In this document: piece after piece, positions 25,706 through 38,039 of the stretch
How positions within the stretch are numbered: position 1 is the first letter of the stretch
Layout of the letters: each line of letters begins with the position of its first letter
Source: Tricharina praecox
Taxonomy: Eukaryota
Reading direction: 5' to 3'
NCBI RefSeq assembly: GCF_024521635.1
Contig: NW_026250403.1
Location: forward strand, 1,116,001 to 1,180,000
Length of the DNA stretch: 64,000 bases
Made by a program: the position numbers and the translations under genes
Notes under the pieces: model-generated
What the model saw: only the letters and a program-made list of their open reading frames with translations
Databases searched by the model: none
Told to the model about the DNA's origin: nothing

Positions 25706-26847
25706 CTACGCCCGCTTGATGCCCTTCTGCTTTCTCTTTTCCGCCTCAATTTTCGCCAGCTTTATCAATCCGAACACTTCACTCATGGAGTAATCCTATT
25801 ATTGCACGCACACATCAGCCGCCGTCGTCCTGCTCGCCAAACCCCGAAACAAAGACTTACTGTGAACCCCTTCCAGAGGAAAGTCTGGATGGCCCAAGCG
25901 GACCAAGAATAGTAGCCATCCCAGAACAACGGCTTGCTGCCACCACGGATGATCCTGGCCACCACGCTCTTCGCGTACACGGCGGTGTCCATGGGACATG
26001 CCTGGCTGAGCTCCACCCGCTGGAGCCAGTAATCGTTGATCGGGGTGTACAGCGAGTTCTCTGGCAGCTGTGTGTTTGCCGACCTGACGATCGAGGAGCG
26101 GACGCCGCCGGTGATTATTGTCAACACCTTGACGCTACACACATACCATCGTCAGCAGCGATCGCGATCGCGAGTGCGCGTGTGTGAGGGGTGGACGGTT
26201 AGTTACTTGAACGGTTTCAACTCCATCCTGAGGCAGTCCGCATACGCATGCATAGCGGCCTTTGAGGCGTTATACGCGCCGCCGAAGACGAGGGGGATGA
26301 TGGGTGCGATGCTGCCGATGTTGACGACGGTCGCGGCGCCGTCGGCGATGAGCAGGTCCACGAACGCCTGCACCACCCGCATCACGCCGAAGACGTTCAC
26401 GTCGAACGTCTCCTTGACGACACCCTCGACGTCGAGGTCTGTGCAGGGGCGCGGCGTGCCCTGTCCCGCATTGTTGACGAGCACGGAGAGCTTGCCGTTG
26501 GTGAGCGCCGAGATGGTCGCGTGCGCCGCCGCGATGGATAGGGGCGAGGTCACGTCTAGCTCGACGGTCTCGATGCCGAGCGCGGCGAGCGGGGCGACGG
26601 TTTCGATACGCCGGTAGGCGGCGAATACTCGGTAGCCTGTGGGCGGGTAGGATGCTTAGTGAGTGCGGGGTGAGCGGGAGGGAGATGAACATACCCTTCG
26701 CTTGAAACTCTTTCGCAAGTTCTCCGCCGATGCCGCCGACGCCGGCTCTGTGGGTTTGTTAGCTTGCCCGCTCCTATACATCACGCTTTGTGTCGGTACC
26801 TACCCAGTGATGAGAACAGTCTTTCGTGTATCCGGTGAGGTGGCCAT
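25706..26847 (-). CDS. AYR1: Short-chain dehydrogenase/reductase, AYR1-like (1-acyl-DHAP reductase family)
   Basis: Multi-exon gene. MATSPDTRKTVLITG joins AGVGGIGGELAKEF (TGxxxGIG). Other motifs: LVNNAG, FDVNVFG, YNASKAA (YxxxK), LRMELKPF, ITGGVRS. The last exon DYSMSEVFGL..KRA ends at the stop at 25706. Confidence 0.82.
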
Positions 26848-27211
26848 GTTTTTGTTTGGAGTATTGAGGTGGTGCTGCAAGGGCGATGTTGAGGGAAGAT
26901 ATGGAGTGATTCCGGGGATGTCATATATGGCCTCAGCATGTTGGGTTGGGGACCCTGTAACCCCGAAGCATGTGCTGGATACAGAAAATACAATCAGGAA
27001 CACGGGGACCATCCAGCACAGCCGAGGGCCGATCCATGTAGGTCGGCGTATGTAGGTACCTATCGGTATCAAATTGTCGTCCGAACCATTCCAAGGTGCG
27101 TGATGCCTGATCACCGGGCAGGTTGTGGATTGAATCTTCAGCTTTAGTGATCGCTCATGCAGGGCAGAGATGAAACTCAGCTGGATTCCGAGAAGCAGAT
27201 TGCGGAAGTCC

Positions 27212-27490
27212 ATGTACCGATGTTCTCCGCCTCCGGAGCGGACGGTTTGTACTTGGGTGTTTATCTGATGTACCGGTGTCCCGCGCCTCCGCAGCGGACG
27301 GTTTGTCCTAGGGCATGAATATGAGGTATCGACAGACCGTCCATGCCCAACTACCACCGGCCTTGGCATGCATTTGGGGAATCGACACACCGTCCATGCC
27401 CACCACCGGAGTTCAGTATACATTTGAGGTATCGACAGACCGTCGCTATGTACCTTGGGCATATATTTAAGGCATCGGCAAACCATCCCT
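27212..27490. repeat. Compound ~50-56-bp tandem repeat array
   Basis: Two copies of ATGTACCG..GCCTCCG.AGCGGACGGTTTGT..GGG are followed by about four copies containing (T)GAGGTATCGACAGACCGTC-like cores. Confidence 0.7.
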
Positions 27491-27992
27491 GCCTACAATC
27501 GCCCGGGACAGCAGCTGAGAGGCTGAATCTGGGTGGGCCCCATCTTGGCGGCACGTCCTCAAGCATAAATATCTACGCAAGTCCGGCCGGTCCTAGGCCC
27601 TAGGCGGCTAGGTACTCTACTCTGTTACGGCGGCTTTCGGTGTTCGCCAATTTGCCGGTATCATAACTGTCGGTTTGAAAATTGACATAGCGATGGACGG
27701 AACGGACGGAACGGACGATTAGGAAACCTAGGCTGAAGTTACCAGAGATAATGGAAGAATACCTAATGCAGAAAGCATCAGTCCTTGCCCGTCACCGCCT
27801 GATTTGACAGAAACAAGTGAGCCCATCCACTGATCCCACCATCGTCAGCAATCCCTGTGGTGATCCATTTACCCCAGTCAACCCATGTTTTTACCGTTAG
27901 TCAGCGGGGTCATTGACTTGCACCCCCACCAACCAACCAACCCCACCTCCTACTACCTTCACGACGTCCACGCGCCCACCGACACTCCAACC

Positions 27993-28865
27993 ATGGGTAA
28001 ATCCTCCAAAGACAAACGCGACTCCTACTACCGCCTCGCCAAAGAGAGCGGCTACCGGGCTCGTTCAGCGTACAAGCTCCTGCAACTACACTCACACTTC
28101 AACCTCCTCACGTTCCCCACCGCGAACCCACGGGTCATCGACCTCTGCGCCGCGCCCGGCTCCTGGTCGCAAGTCCTCAGCCGGCACCTCCCGCCCAGCA
28201 GCACGATCATCGCACTGGACCTGCAGCCGATGACGCCGATTCCGGGGGTGACGACACTGCAGGCGGACATCACACACCCGTCCACACTACCACTGATCGC
28301 CGCGCACCTTGGCGGGTCGGGGCCGGAGTCGGGTGCGGCAAAGGTGGACATGGTGATCTCCGACGGGGCGCCAGACGTGACGGGCCTGCACGACCTAGAC
28401 GAGTACGTGCAGTCGTCGCTGCTCCTGGCGGCGCTGAACCTGGCGGTGTGCGTGCTCACGCCCGGCGGCTCGTTCGTCGCGAAGATATTCCGCGGCCGGG
28501 ATGTCGACGTGCTGTTCGCGCAGCTGCGGTGCTTCTTTGAGCGCGTGGTGTGCGCGAAGCCGCGCAGCAGTAGGGGCAGCTCGATTGAGGCGTTCGTCGT
28601 CTGTCAGGGTTTCGCGCCGCCGGAGGGATTCGTCGGCAGCTTGGAGAGACCCATGACCCTAGGAGTCGGGGTTGGAGAGGGATGGGGGGAATGTAGGGCC
28701 GTGGTCGAGTTTGTCGCCTGTGGCGATCTGGATGAGCCCGACTCTGATGCGACGCAGAGACTACCGGGGAGAGAGGGGAGTATCGATCCTGTGCAGCCGC
28801 CCACCGCGCCGCCGTACAAGAGGGCGGTCGAATTGAGGAAGCAATTGGGGGGTGGGGGGAAGTAG
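27993..28865 (+). CDS. TRM7: tRNA (cytidine32/guanosine34-2'-O)-methyltransferase, FtsJ family
   Basis: [95 protein letters not shown]. Confidence 0.95.
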   Translation: MGKSSKDKRDSYYRLAKESGYRARSAYKLLQLHSHFNLLTFPTANPRVIDLCAAPGSWSQVLSRHLPPSSTIIALDLQPMTPIPGVTTLQADITHPSTLPLIAAHLGGSGPESGAAKVDMVISDGAPDVTGLHDLDEYVQSSLLLAALNLAVCVLTPGGSFVAKIFRGRDVDVLFAQLRCFFERVVCAKPRSSRGSSIEAFVVCQGFAPPEGFVGSLERPMTLGVGVGEGWGECRAVVEFVACGDLDEPDSDATQRLPGREGSIDPVQPPTAPPYKRAVELRKQLGGGGK

Positions 28866-29638
28866 CCTGAACAGGAGGAGGAGGGGAGGGGAGAGGGAGA
28901 GAGATATATACCTAGGCAGGAGCACGATGTATAAATAGTAGGGTGTGGGATGAATAAGGCGTTCTGGTTGGTTTAGATCTTAGAGGCTGGTTGGGAATAG
29001 ATATCACAGCGGTCCATTCATTCATGGCATGGCACTCGTCCTTTCCTCAGATTAAATGCAACATGACGGAAAATAGTTTAGCATGCAGTATCTCAACACT
29101 ACGGCACATGTAGCTCATTCCACCGTTCTATCTCTCCCCTCCAACTATACTCACCACTATTCCAACTTTCCACAGCAACGACGGCGGCAAAAGTGGTCAC
29201 TACTTTCAGACATTGGCTGAACCACTTGTACGTCGTCGTACCTATTACCTTGGTGGCCATATCCTTTCTGTTTTCATCCTTGGGGTACTGGGTGTGTAAG
29301 GAAGAAGAGGAAGGAAGTCGTACATCGGTGAATTTACCTGGATTGAAGGCCGAAAGACACTACTTGGTGATTCCAACACTGGTAGCTGGTGGGAAACTGA
29401 GAGTCTTCGTGATCTATGAGAGTGGAACTTGATAAAGAATGAGGGATTTCTAGTCAAGAAAGACGGATGGAGGGATACAGTAGGTAGAATACATGAACGC
29501 ACAGGAACGAACGCCGCGAAAGCAACATTTTGAACGGAATAGATATCCAGGTTATATCCACAACTACAACAAAACGGAGAAAGCAAAGCAAAGCAAAGCA
29601 CAGTAGCGCAAGCAAAAGAAAGAAGGAACAAAAAAAAA

Positions 29639-31242
29639 TCATTGCGGCACAGGTCTCTGCTTCACAAGTAACAAATATACACTCTCGGCGACCCTCTCCT
29701 TCCACTGGGCAGCCTTGCGCACCTCGTCCTCCTCCACCATCCGTCCCGGTGTCTCTCCACTAAGGGTGTCCAAGTCCCGCTTCTGAGAGCTGACCCAGCG
29801 CTTGACGAACTCGGCCGGGTCCTCGGCAAGACTTCTCCAGAAATCGCGCTTGGCCTTGCTGTGGTTGATGGCTTGCACCAGCATGGCGATGTGGTCGTCA
29901 ATGGTGGAGATCTCGCGCAGCATCCCGATGTAGGATGGCGATTGCATCACTGCGTGCATCTTCTGTCGGATGGGGTCGTCGATGAAGATGGTGACGTCGT
30001 GGATCTGTGGCGACATCGATGCGGCGACGTCGCAGCGGACGAGGTATTTGATGACGATGGGCTCCAATGGATGGATATGCGAGAGCGTCAGTTCTGGTAT
30101 TTGCGGAAAGTACAGGCGGTCGACATTAAAGATCTGTGGGCAATTAGCTTGGGTAGTCTGAAAGCATGGTAGGTAAGCGTACCGCCCGCAACTGGGGGTT
30201 GCAATTGATGGTTCTCTTCTCGTCGGGATCCTGTAAACCATGTGCGCGCACGTACTCCCAGACCTTCATTACGATGCCGGCACGGGTATCCTCTTTGGTA
30301 TCCAGCAAGTCCGCGAGGGCGGGCGAAAGGCGGAACCGATCCGGCGATTCATCACGGATCAACTTGATGGTGCAGTTGATATTGTCGTCTCCTTTCCTCT
30401 CAAACTCGAAGCCGTCAAACTCGGCAGGCCCGTTGAGACCGAGAGCGGAGGTGGCGGGCTGGGTGGCGGGCGACTGCTTCCTCCACTCGATGGTGTTACC
30501 TTCCGGGTGCAGTTCTCTCGACCGGTCAAGCTCTATTACTATCGACTTGAAGAAGTGCGAAAACTTGCGCTTCTGCAAAGGCGGAGCATTATCAGGGCGT
30601 GGTGTGAGTCCTAAGTCAGAGTCGGGATCCAATTCCGCCGCATCGCTCTCCTCATCGTCAAGGAGTCGGCCCTCAATTTTCACACGGAACGTAGGGATTT
30701 GGCCAGTATCGAAATCGAACGCGTTCTCGTCAAGTGGACGATCCGACACCTGCCATAGCTGGTCCTTGGCCGTGTTGGATACGAAGATGCGCAAAGTCCG
30801 GGTATTCTATTGTCATCAGCGCCTACCCCCACCATAGGAAACATTCACAATATCGCTCTCACACCTTGATATTACGATTCACAGCATCCTGTATATCCAA
30901 CCTCTTGCGCATAATGGCAGCATCGTACCGTCTCTCCATCTCCCTGAGATCCCTATAGACGCGCGCATTGGCCACAATCTCCTCGACGCCCTCGGGGATG
31001 GTCTTGTCGGTCGGTTTCCTCGCGCGGCGCTTGGCAAGCTCGCGCTCGGCGACTGCCGCCTGATGCTGCGCTGCCATCTGCTGTTGGGACATCTGTTGAT
31101 GGGGCTGTTGCGGAGGACGGATCATGGGGCCGGGGCCGCGACTGGCTGGCGCTGGTGACGGCACCGGTCCAGGGACGTACCCAGCTGGGACGCGCATTTG
31201 GACGGGGGACGGACGCATCTGGTCCATGTTGTTTCGATTCAT
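29639..31242 (-). CDS. SNF12: SWI/SNF-RSC subunit of the Snf12/Rsc6/BAF60 family (SWIB domain)
   Basis: Three exons (ORFs 30859..31389, 30144..30794, 29639..30241). Motifs: RKPTDKTIPEG, ERRYDAAIMRKRLDIQD, LRIFVSNT, RKFSHFFKSI, FDGFEFERKGD, WEYVRAHGLQD, KRWVSSQKRDL. Confidence 0.9.
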
Positions 31243-31730
31243 AAGCGGGGTGGCGTGGGGGTGAGCGATGGTCGTGATGGGTGATTGTCGCGGCCGAAGG
31301 AGGTGTTGCAAGACGAGAGAGAGACGAGACGGTCGCGTTGCGCTAGGTACCGGAGGCGCTAGCTCGTGTAGATTCATTGAGACAGTCATGTGATCGAATG
31401 CTCATCTAGTGTGGTGAATGGCCCTCAGAATCTAGAGAATCAACAGACGGCCGTACATAGACAACAGAGATTCTGGGACTGACAGAAAGCTGACCACGAA
31501 AGAGACCTTGTGGATCGCATTTCCTGCTGGTACAAAAATAGTAAAAAATTGGACCAACGTTTGGCCAACCCAAACACAGCAAGCTCGCTATTAGCAGCTA
31601 CATACGACAATTGCAGATATAATAGGCACATAAATCTCCAACCGTGGAGTACGGACACAAAGAAAATATACAGGTATCTCAGGCAATTCTCCCACAGTAT
31701 AATCTGCCTGTGCCACATACCGGTACGGCA

Positions 31731-33263
31731 TTATGTCACCATGCGCATTATCTCTGGTCCCTTCTGCCATGGAGGTGCCTCATCTGGCTCCTCCTTCACC
31801 CCTCCAACCTCTTCCTTCCCCTCCTCCAGCTCGTGAATCCCTTTATAGACGATCATCGTCAAGATGAAAGGGTATTTGGAAGTCATGAACACAGCCTTAT
31901 CCGGTGGGATGGCAAGCATCGGAAACATATAGGCGGTACGGTCATCGAATCCCCACTCCTCGCTGCGAACTATCGTGAAGTTCACTTCGAAGAAAGACCC
32001 GCTGTTGCCGTTGACGCCAGTAACCATCGGTACATGTGTCGCTATGGCGATGCCGCTGCAATCCCGCAGCAAAGCGTGGATTGTTCCGTCAAACATGTAC
32101 ACCTTTTTCGGCAACTCGCGAATTCCCTTGAACCACAGATGTTGATACATGATGCGGCATGCGCGGCTGTCGAATATGGTGGCGTGGGTAGAAATTCCAT
32201 CCTCCGAGTTGCCAGCACCGGCCCATCTCTGGGGATGTCCCCACAGATGGCCGATGATGTGGAGGTTTTCCGCGCAACGTCCCCCTCTGTGCACCGGAAT
32301 GGCTCCTTGATCAACTGGCTCACGAAACCATCCGCTGATCTCTTGAAGAAGCTCGCCAGTAACAATCGAGTATGTTTTAATTGATGGCAGATGATTATTC
32401 AGAAGACTGACTTTTTGGGTACGTGCGTCGATGTAAACAGCATCACAGTTTTCTGAGTCGCCCAGGCTGACCATGTTCCGGGTGGGAGCATCGTACAGCA
32501 ACATCCCACCACGCCATGCGAAGACAGCGAGATTTCCGTCGGCCTCCACAATGCGCTCAGCGTTGGGTAGTCGGAACATGTGACTCTCAAAATTCCCAAT
32601 CTGCCAGACCCAAATCTGGGCCGCATCGTCCCCCGAGACCATGACATAGTCATCCAACAGCCGGACCCAGTTCAATGTGGTACGTGCCGGCACAGCCAAA
32701 CCGCCCACAATTCGATGGCCTAACCCCGGGCCGAGTTGCCATATCTCGAATGACCGATGGTCTGTTGCGAGGAGCGCCAATCGCTGGCCCATGACTGACG
32801 CGACCTTTGCGAACGGATTGACATGCTCGAGTGGCATCTGGATGCGCTCGCACAAGTGTGGGCTGCGGACTGCCCGTTCGCGCGACACCTCGTTCTCGAA
32901 CATTCGCCTCCAGGACCTCTGATCCTCCTCCTCGCACACGGTGGCCTCTTTGGGGTACCACTTCCTAAGCAACGCACTACACACCGAGTCCGCCGTGAGG
33001 AGGCCGTGCCATCGTCTGCCGACGCGCCGGTAGGGAATTATTTCGCGCGGCTCAAGATAGGAGAGCACTTGGGTGGCGAGCTCGATAGGTAGATTCCCGA
33101 CGATGTCGAAATAACTGTTTTGCGAATAGAGGATCTGCTGAAGCTGCCATCGATCCGAGGGACAGAATCGCTCCGAAAGCTTCGTCAAAAATGTCAGACG
33201 ACTCCTCCCGTCGAGCATTTCGAATGCCATGAGAGCCTCATCAAGTGGCGACACGCAAGACAT
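31731..33263 (-). CDS. F-box domain protein
   Basis: 510-aa ORF with F-box DIVGNLPIELATQVLSYLEPREIIPYRRVGRRWHGLL, followed by a beta-rich (possibly propeller-like) region. Confidence 0.8.
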   Translation of the reverse strand: MSCVSPLDEALMAFEMLDGRSRLTFLTKLSERFCPSDRWQLQQILYSQNSYFDIVGNLPIELATQVLSYLEPREIIPYRRVGRRWHGLLTADSVCSALLRKWYPKEATVCEEEDQRSWRRMFENEVSRERAVRSPHLCERIQMPLEHVNPFAKVASVMGQRLALLATDHRSFEIWQLGPGLGHRIVGGLAVPARTTLNWVRLLDDYVMVSGDDAAQIWVWQIGNFESHMFRLPNAERIVEADGNLAVFAWRGGMLLYDAPTRNMVSLGDSENCDAVYIDARTQKVSLLNNHLPSIKTYSIVTGELLQEISGWFREPVDQGAIPVHRGGRCAENLHIIGHLWGHPQRWAGAGNSEDGISTHATIFDSRACRIMYQHLWFKGIRELPKKVYMFDGTIHALLRDCSGIAIATHVPMVTGVNGNSGSFFEVNFTIVRSEEWGFDDRTAYMFPMLAIPPDKAVFMTSKYPFILTMIVYKGIHELEEGKEEVGGVKEEPDEAPPWQKGPEIMRMVT

Positions 33264-34932
33264 CGCAGGGTGATATGATGGGGGTAGTCGTAGTTGTAGA
33301 GTCGTGGTTGTAGGGCCGTAGTTGCGGAGTCGTAGTTGTGGTTATGGTCGAGTTGGTGCGGGGGTGGGCTTGTCATGAACACACCTGTCAACTCACTGAC
33401 ACATCTGCTGCGAGCCGAACCTTAAGTATTCTGCTCTATGATAGTAGGTACATAGACGAATCGTTGCTCCGTCACTGATGCTCACTCATCCCCCGACGAG
33501 TTACTTTCTGTAGCTGCGTCCTATTGCTCCGTCAGTCTAGTAAGGCCGTATGCGACAATAAATTGATTATCTCTCTCTCAATCGTTCCGTCCCAGGAGGA
33601 GAGGAGGCGAGAGGAGGGGGAGGGGGAGGGCGCTGAGGTTGAGGAGCTGGCGTCACCCCCCATTATTCCTCCGAACGGGGTCAGCGAAAGCCACGATGGG
33701 CTGCCTGACGAAGAGGCAGGGGACGAGACGGACTGCGGAGCGGACTTTTTTTCCTAGCTTTACTTCCTCGGTGCGCTCTACATGTATATCTGGGGCAGGT
33801 CAGGGCGGGGGCATGGGAAGCCATGATGGGCCGCCAGACGAAAGCTGGGTTGGATAGTGGGACAAGGAAACGCCGTGTGTACCACCATATACCTAGTATT
33901 TCCATGATCCAGGTAGGTCACGAGCCATCATTGATGGTTACAGTCAGAGAAGAAGGATTAGATTGGGCTGGGCACTTTGCAAACGCCAACCTACCTATCC
34001 ACCGCCCGTGTGAAACACCCAAGTCACAGTAACCATCATTTGTCGGAAGCTAGGTGAAATTTCATGAGACTCCGGTCTTTCTTTCTTTAGGGGACGAGGA
34101 GAAGGAGGATTATGTAAGTTGTACATAAAAGTGCCAGTTTCAAGCCGTGATCTAGATGGGCCGTGAGGAGCATTGCATTTAAGAGGATTCAGACAGCGCC
34201 TTGAAAACTTCATCGAAGGCTAAAGTATAGGCACAGTTCCATTCCCCTTGGGCTGATACTCATGTTGCAGATAGCCATCCTGAACTTGGATCATTCATTG
34301 ATAGGATCTTCCAGCTTGGAATGTAACTTCAAATCAAAGAAAAATCAAGCTAGCCATACAATCCGGAGATAAAACCAAAAAGGCACGACTTCGTTAAAAC
34401 CAACCATCCTTTGTTATAGCCCCCTCATTTTGTTGGGCGAGGTTTAGCCTAGGTAATACATAATCTAGATTATATTTTCAGGTGAAAATACATTTCATAC
34501 TGGGTGATCTTGTCTGAATGGCAAAATAGATGTCGGTGGCTTGAGTAGTCTGAATGCTGTCGAAAATGCTAGAGCATGTATGACTGCGAAGTTTGAAAAC
34601 GCCCTACACCGTACATTGAATTGAACTGCTAGACCAAGCTAAAACTCCCCGTGTTGAAAATCTAATGAGAATATGTCAAAACACCTCCATGTTGAAAATT
34701 GAAAGAAAACTCAGCAAGTCCCCCCATGAACATCATGAACTCCATGCAGAATCTTGAAAGAAAAAAAACGAAAGAAAAAAAAATCACAACCACACAATAC
34801 CCCAGATCACACCAGATCACACAAGAAGAATCCTCGACCTGAACATGACAGCCCCAACCCTTTCTGTTCTTTTTTCTTCAAAAGATCCCTCTGCTCTATC
34901 CCATCGACTCGGTCCTAAGGTTCAGCTTCCCT

Positions 34933-36930
34933 CTACTGAGGTAGGAAATCCCACATCCTCTCATGAAGTTCACAAGCTTCATCTCTAGAATCCTCTGCAA
35001 GTTGCCTCTCATGAAACTGCTTCTCCAAAGCTTCAATCTTCCTGTTGACAGAACTGTTTCAAATCAGTCTTGTTTTCTAGTGCTTATGTGAAGTACCTAT
35101 CCATAAAAAGGGTATAATGATAGGTCTCTTCAGGCCAATGGGGGGTTAAGATGAGTGGTAAATACACATACATGTCTGTCTTGTAGTTGCGAGCCATAGG
35201 CTCGATGCCAGCGGCCTCCATGATTTTCCAGGCCTTCCTCTGGTGCCAGATGTAATGCTCGAGGATATCTCTGGCTCCTTCAGCCGTATGGGCATCAAGT
35301 ATTCCATGCCCACAGTCTCTGTAAGGACACCCCCAGATGCCATTATCTTGACCCCTTGTGGGCAAAAGGGGTGTCCTTATGATAGTTGGAGTATGAATAT
35401 TTCCCAAAGATGGTGAAATAGAAGGAGATAATGGAAGCAAGGGGGTGGTTTGAGGTAAGGGGGTGGTTTGAGGTAGGGGGAGTGACCCAGCGGAGGCCGT
35501 GAGCCCATCTACCCCAAAACCAAGTGTCTCTACCCATGGGTGATGGGGCCATGGCTTCAGATGACGAGCTTCTTCTCCCCTGAATCTTCTAGCGCTTGCG
35601 TGAGGATCGTAGAAGTCGTATGAGTCTGATTCATATCCCTCAAGGCTGCCATTTGGATTGAGGGGACCAGCCTCAGGACTGAAGGACCGGGCCCTTGGAA
35701 GGGGGATTTCAGCCTTTTTATCTTCGGGCTCGTCCCAGTAGGGACTGTGGTATCCATGGTCACTTTCATCCCCAGGATAATTGCCTTCATGACCACCCAA
35801 GGAACAAGCGTCTCCAACTGAACTAGTATGCCCTACCATGGCGGTGGTGGCAGGCTTTAGCTCTTGGTGGATTTGAGACTGGTTTAAAGTCAACTTTTCG
35901 CCAGTCCTATACCGGCTCAACCTACGTCCATCCGACTTTCGGTCCTTTGCCTTACGCTTGATACCACTAGAATTTGGAGTCTGACTGACAGATGGCCCAC
36001 CGTCGCTTTCCTTGCGCTTGATGCTAGAGCTTTGAATCTGACTGACTAACGAGTCACCATCGCTTGACTCGCGCTTGATGCCGGGGCTAGCCAAACTAAC
36101 AGTGTTACGGGCGGTACCAGCGACAAGATCGGCTCCCTCGCTCGGAGGCGCCGGTGCGATCTTCCGTCTCTTGGGTTTCGGCGTCCCCTCCCCCTCATCC
36201 TCCTTCTTTTGTACTACCGCATCCCAAATGGCGGTCACCAGAGCGGTGACCGCGGCGACTTCCAGCGGGTACTTTTTAGAGTACCACCGGTAGAGACAAT
36301 GGCTTCTCCACCGTTGTGCCTCCGTACCCCACGAATTTATCATCTTCAGCAAAACGAAGCGCCTGTGGGTCTCCACATGCGCTGCTTGGCCGCCCGGCAC
36401 CTCCCTGCAGTAATCCCCTAGGAACTTGTTGTATAGGTTCTCCTTCTTCATCTTTCCTGGGGGTTCGAACGTTTCAATGAACAGCCACAGTCTCGCCTTT
36501 TCTTCGATGCCCACGAAGATTTGGGCGTACTCCGCAGAAGGCTTGATGGAATACCATCCCGCTTTCCCGAGAACCCAAATCTTGAGATCGCAGCTGTCCG
36601 TGATTTCAATGGCGTAGTTTTTTATGTCGCTGACGAGAAGCTCGTGATCAAACACCGACTGCGTGCGAACTACGGAAGTCAGTCTCAGCCCAACCATCCC
36701 TAGGCACTTGCGAGTGACCACTTACTGATGCTTTTCGCGACACTCTTTCGTAAGAGTTTTCCCGTCATCCTGAAAGGTCCGTCCTCGAACACCGTGAGGA
36801 GATCCACTTCTTTGTACTTCCCGGTTGCTTTATCCTTCTTGCTCACAGTGGCGTTGCGTAGCTCCATCTGCGGTATTTGATCTTCCGTGAGCCCCCGGTT
36901 GTACTGTAGCAGTCCGCTCAACTCGTACAT
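34933..36930 (-). CDS. RFTS (DNMT1-RFD)-domain protein with a C-terminal C2H2-like finger, Raf2/DIM-7-like
   Basis: ATG at 36930. Intron 36670..36725 (GTAAGT..CTGAC..TAG) and probable intron 35054..35171; the 3' end is uncertain. N-terminal MELRNATV..VDLL...GPFRMTGKL..IKNYAI..IWVLGKAGWYSIKPSAEY resembles fungal RFTS domains. C-terminal WGCPYRDC-X18-HYIWH. Confidence 0.65.
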
Positions 36931-37109
36931 CTTGACGGTTGCAATAGGCGTTCTGATTGTGTGGGGGTGTGAGGGGTCGTTGCGAAGAATCGATGGTTGT
37001 GCGCTGCGTGAACTCAAACTACGAACGTATCGAGACAGAAGCAATTGCGACGGTTTGTGATTGCGGTAATTGTGGTTGCGGTGGGTGTTGTTGTTGCTGT
37101 CACTGTCGC

Positions 37110-37216
37110 AGTTATTGGTAGTAGGGAGGGAGAAGGTTGTGCTGTCGCGGCCGTTGGTAGTGGGGTGGGAGAAGGTTGTACTGTCGCGGTCGTTCGTAGT
37201 GGGGAGGGAGAAAGTT
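37110..37216. repeat. 36-bp tandem repeat, about three copies
   Basis: Repeated GTAGT(A/G)GGG(A/T)GGGAGAAGGTTGT(G/A)CTGTCGCGG.CGTT units upstream of the RFTS gene. Confidence 0.75.
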
Positions 37217-38039
37217 GTTGTTGTTGTGGTGGTGGTGGTGTTGCTTGGAAAGGTACAAGAGTAGAGTGTCACCGGAAGCATCGAGTTGTCGCTTACACGG
37301 CAGTTGCCGATAGCATGTGACCGAGTACGCACGCCCGCAACAACCGATGGAATGATAAATACATGCATCCATACCTGATATCTACATACCTAAGAAGTAT
37401 ACACCTTATGTGTATGAGTTTAGAGTATTCAGGTACATATGGAATGTCATGTCAACCAGTCTCGAGCTCAAAGACCATAGAAACGTGGAATACGATTGCT
37501 CGAGGTGTTTGTGGAAGCATGTTTCCAACCAGGTACGCGTGGGAACGATTGCCGCGTGCTCGACGCGATACCACGTGACGTTGCGCTGCTGCGAAATGAT
37601 GTTTGTTCAAAGGCAGCACCGCGATACAGCAACACCAGAAATAGAGCAGATAACCCAGTCAATCAGTCATTAACTACGCCTCATTGACTACCAAAAAGCC
37701 GTCCGGCAGTCCGGCCAACTGAAAGACCAGCTCGGCGACTTCAACAAGATCACAGACTGTAACTTCAATTCAGTAACATACATACGAAGAAGCAATTGGT
37801 GTATAATTTGAGCTATGCGGGAAAAAAGACTCATCTAACAGCCGTAGTTGTACACAAAAGAGATATAGAGTAAACCATCCAAAACCAATCCCACCAATCC
37901 ACCCCTCCAAAAAACTCCAAAAGGAAAGTCGTGAAGCAAACACCAAAGAAAAGCACACAAAAAGTTGGCATACAGTACTCCCCCCAAATTAGTGAGCCTG
38001 TAGCAATATTAAGTAAGTACTCTAGCAAAACACCTACGT

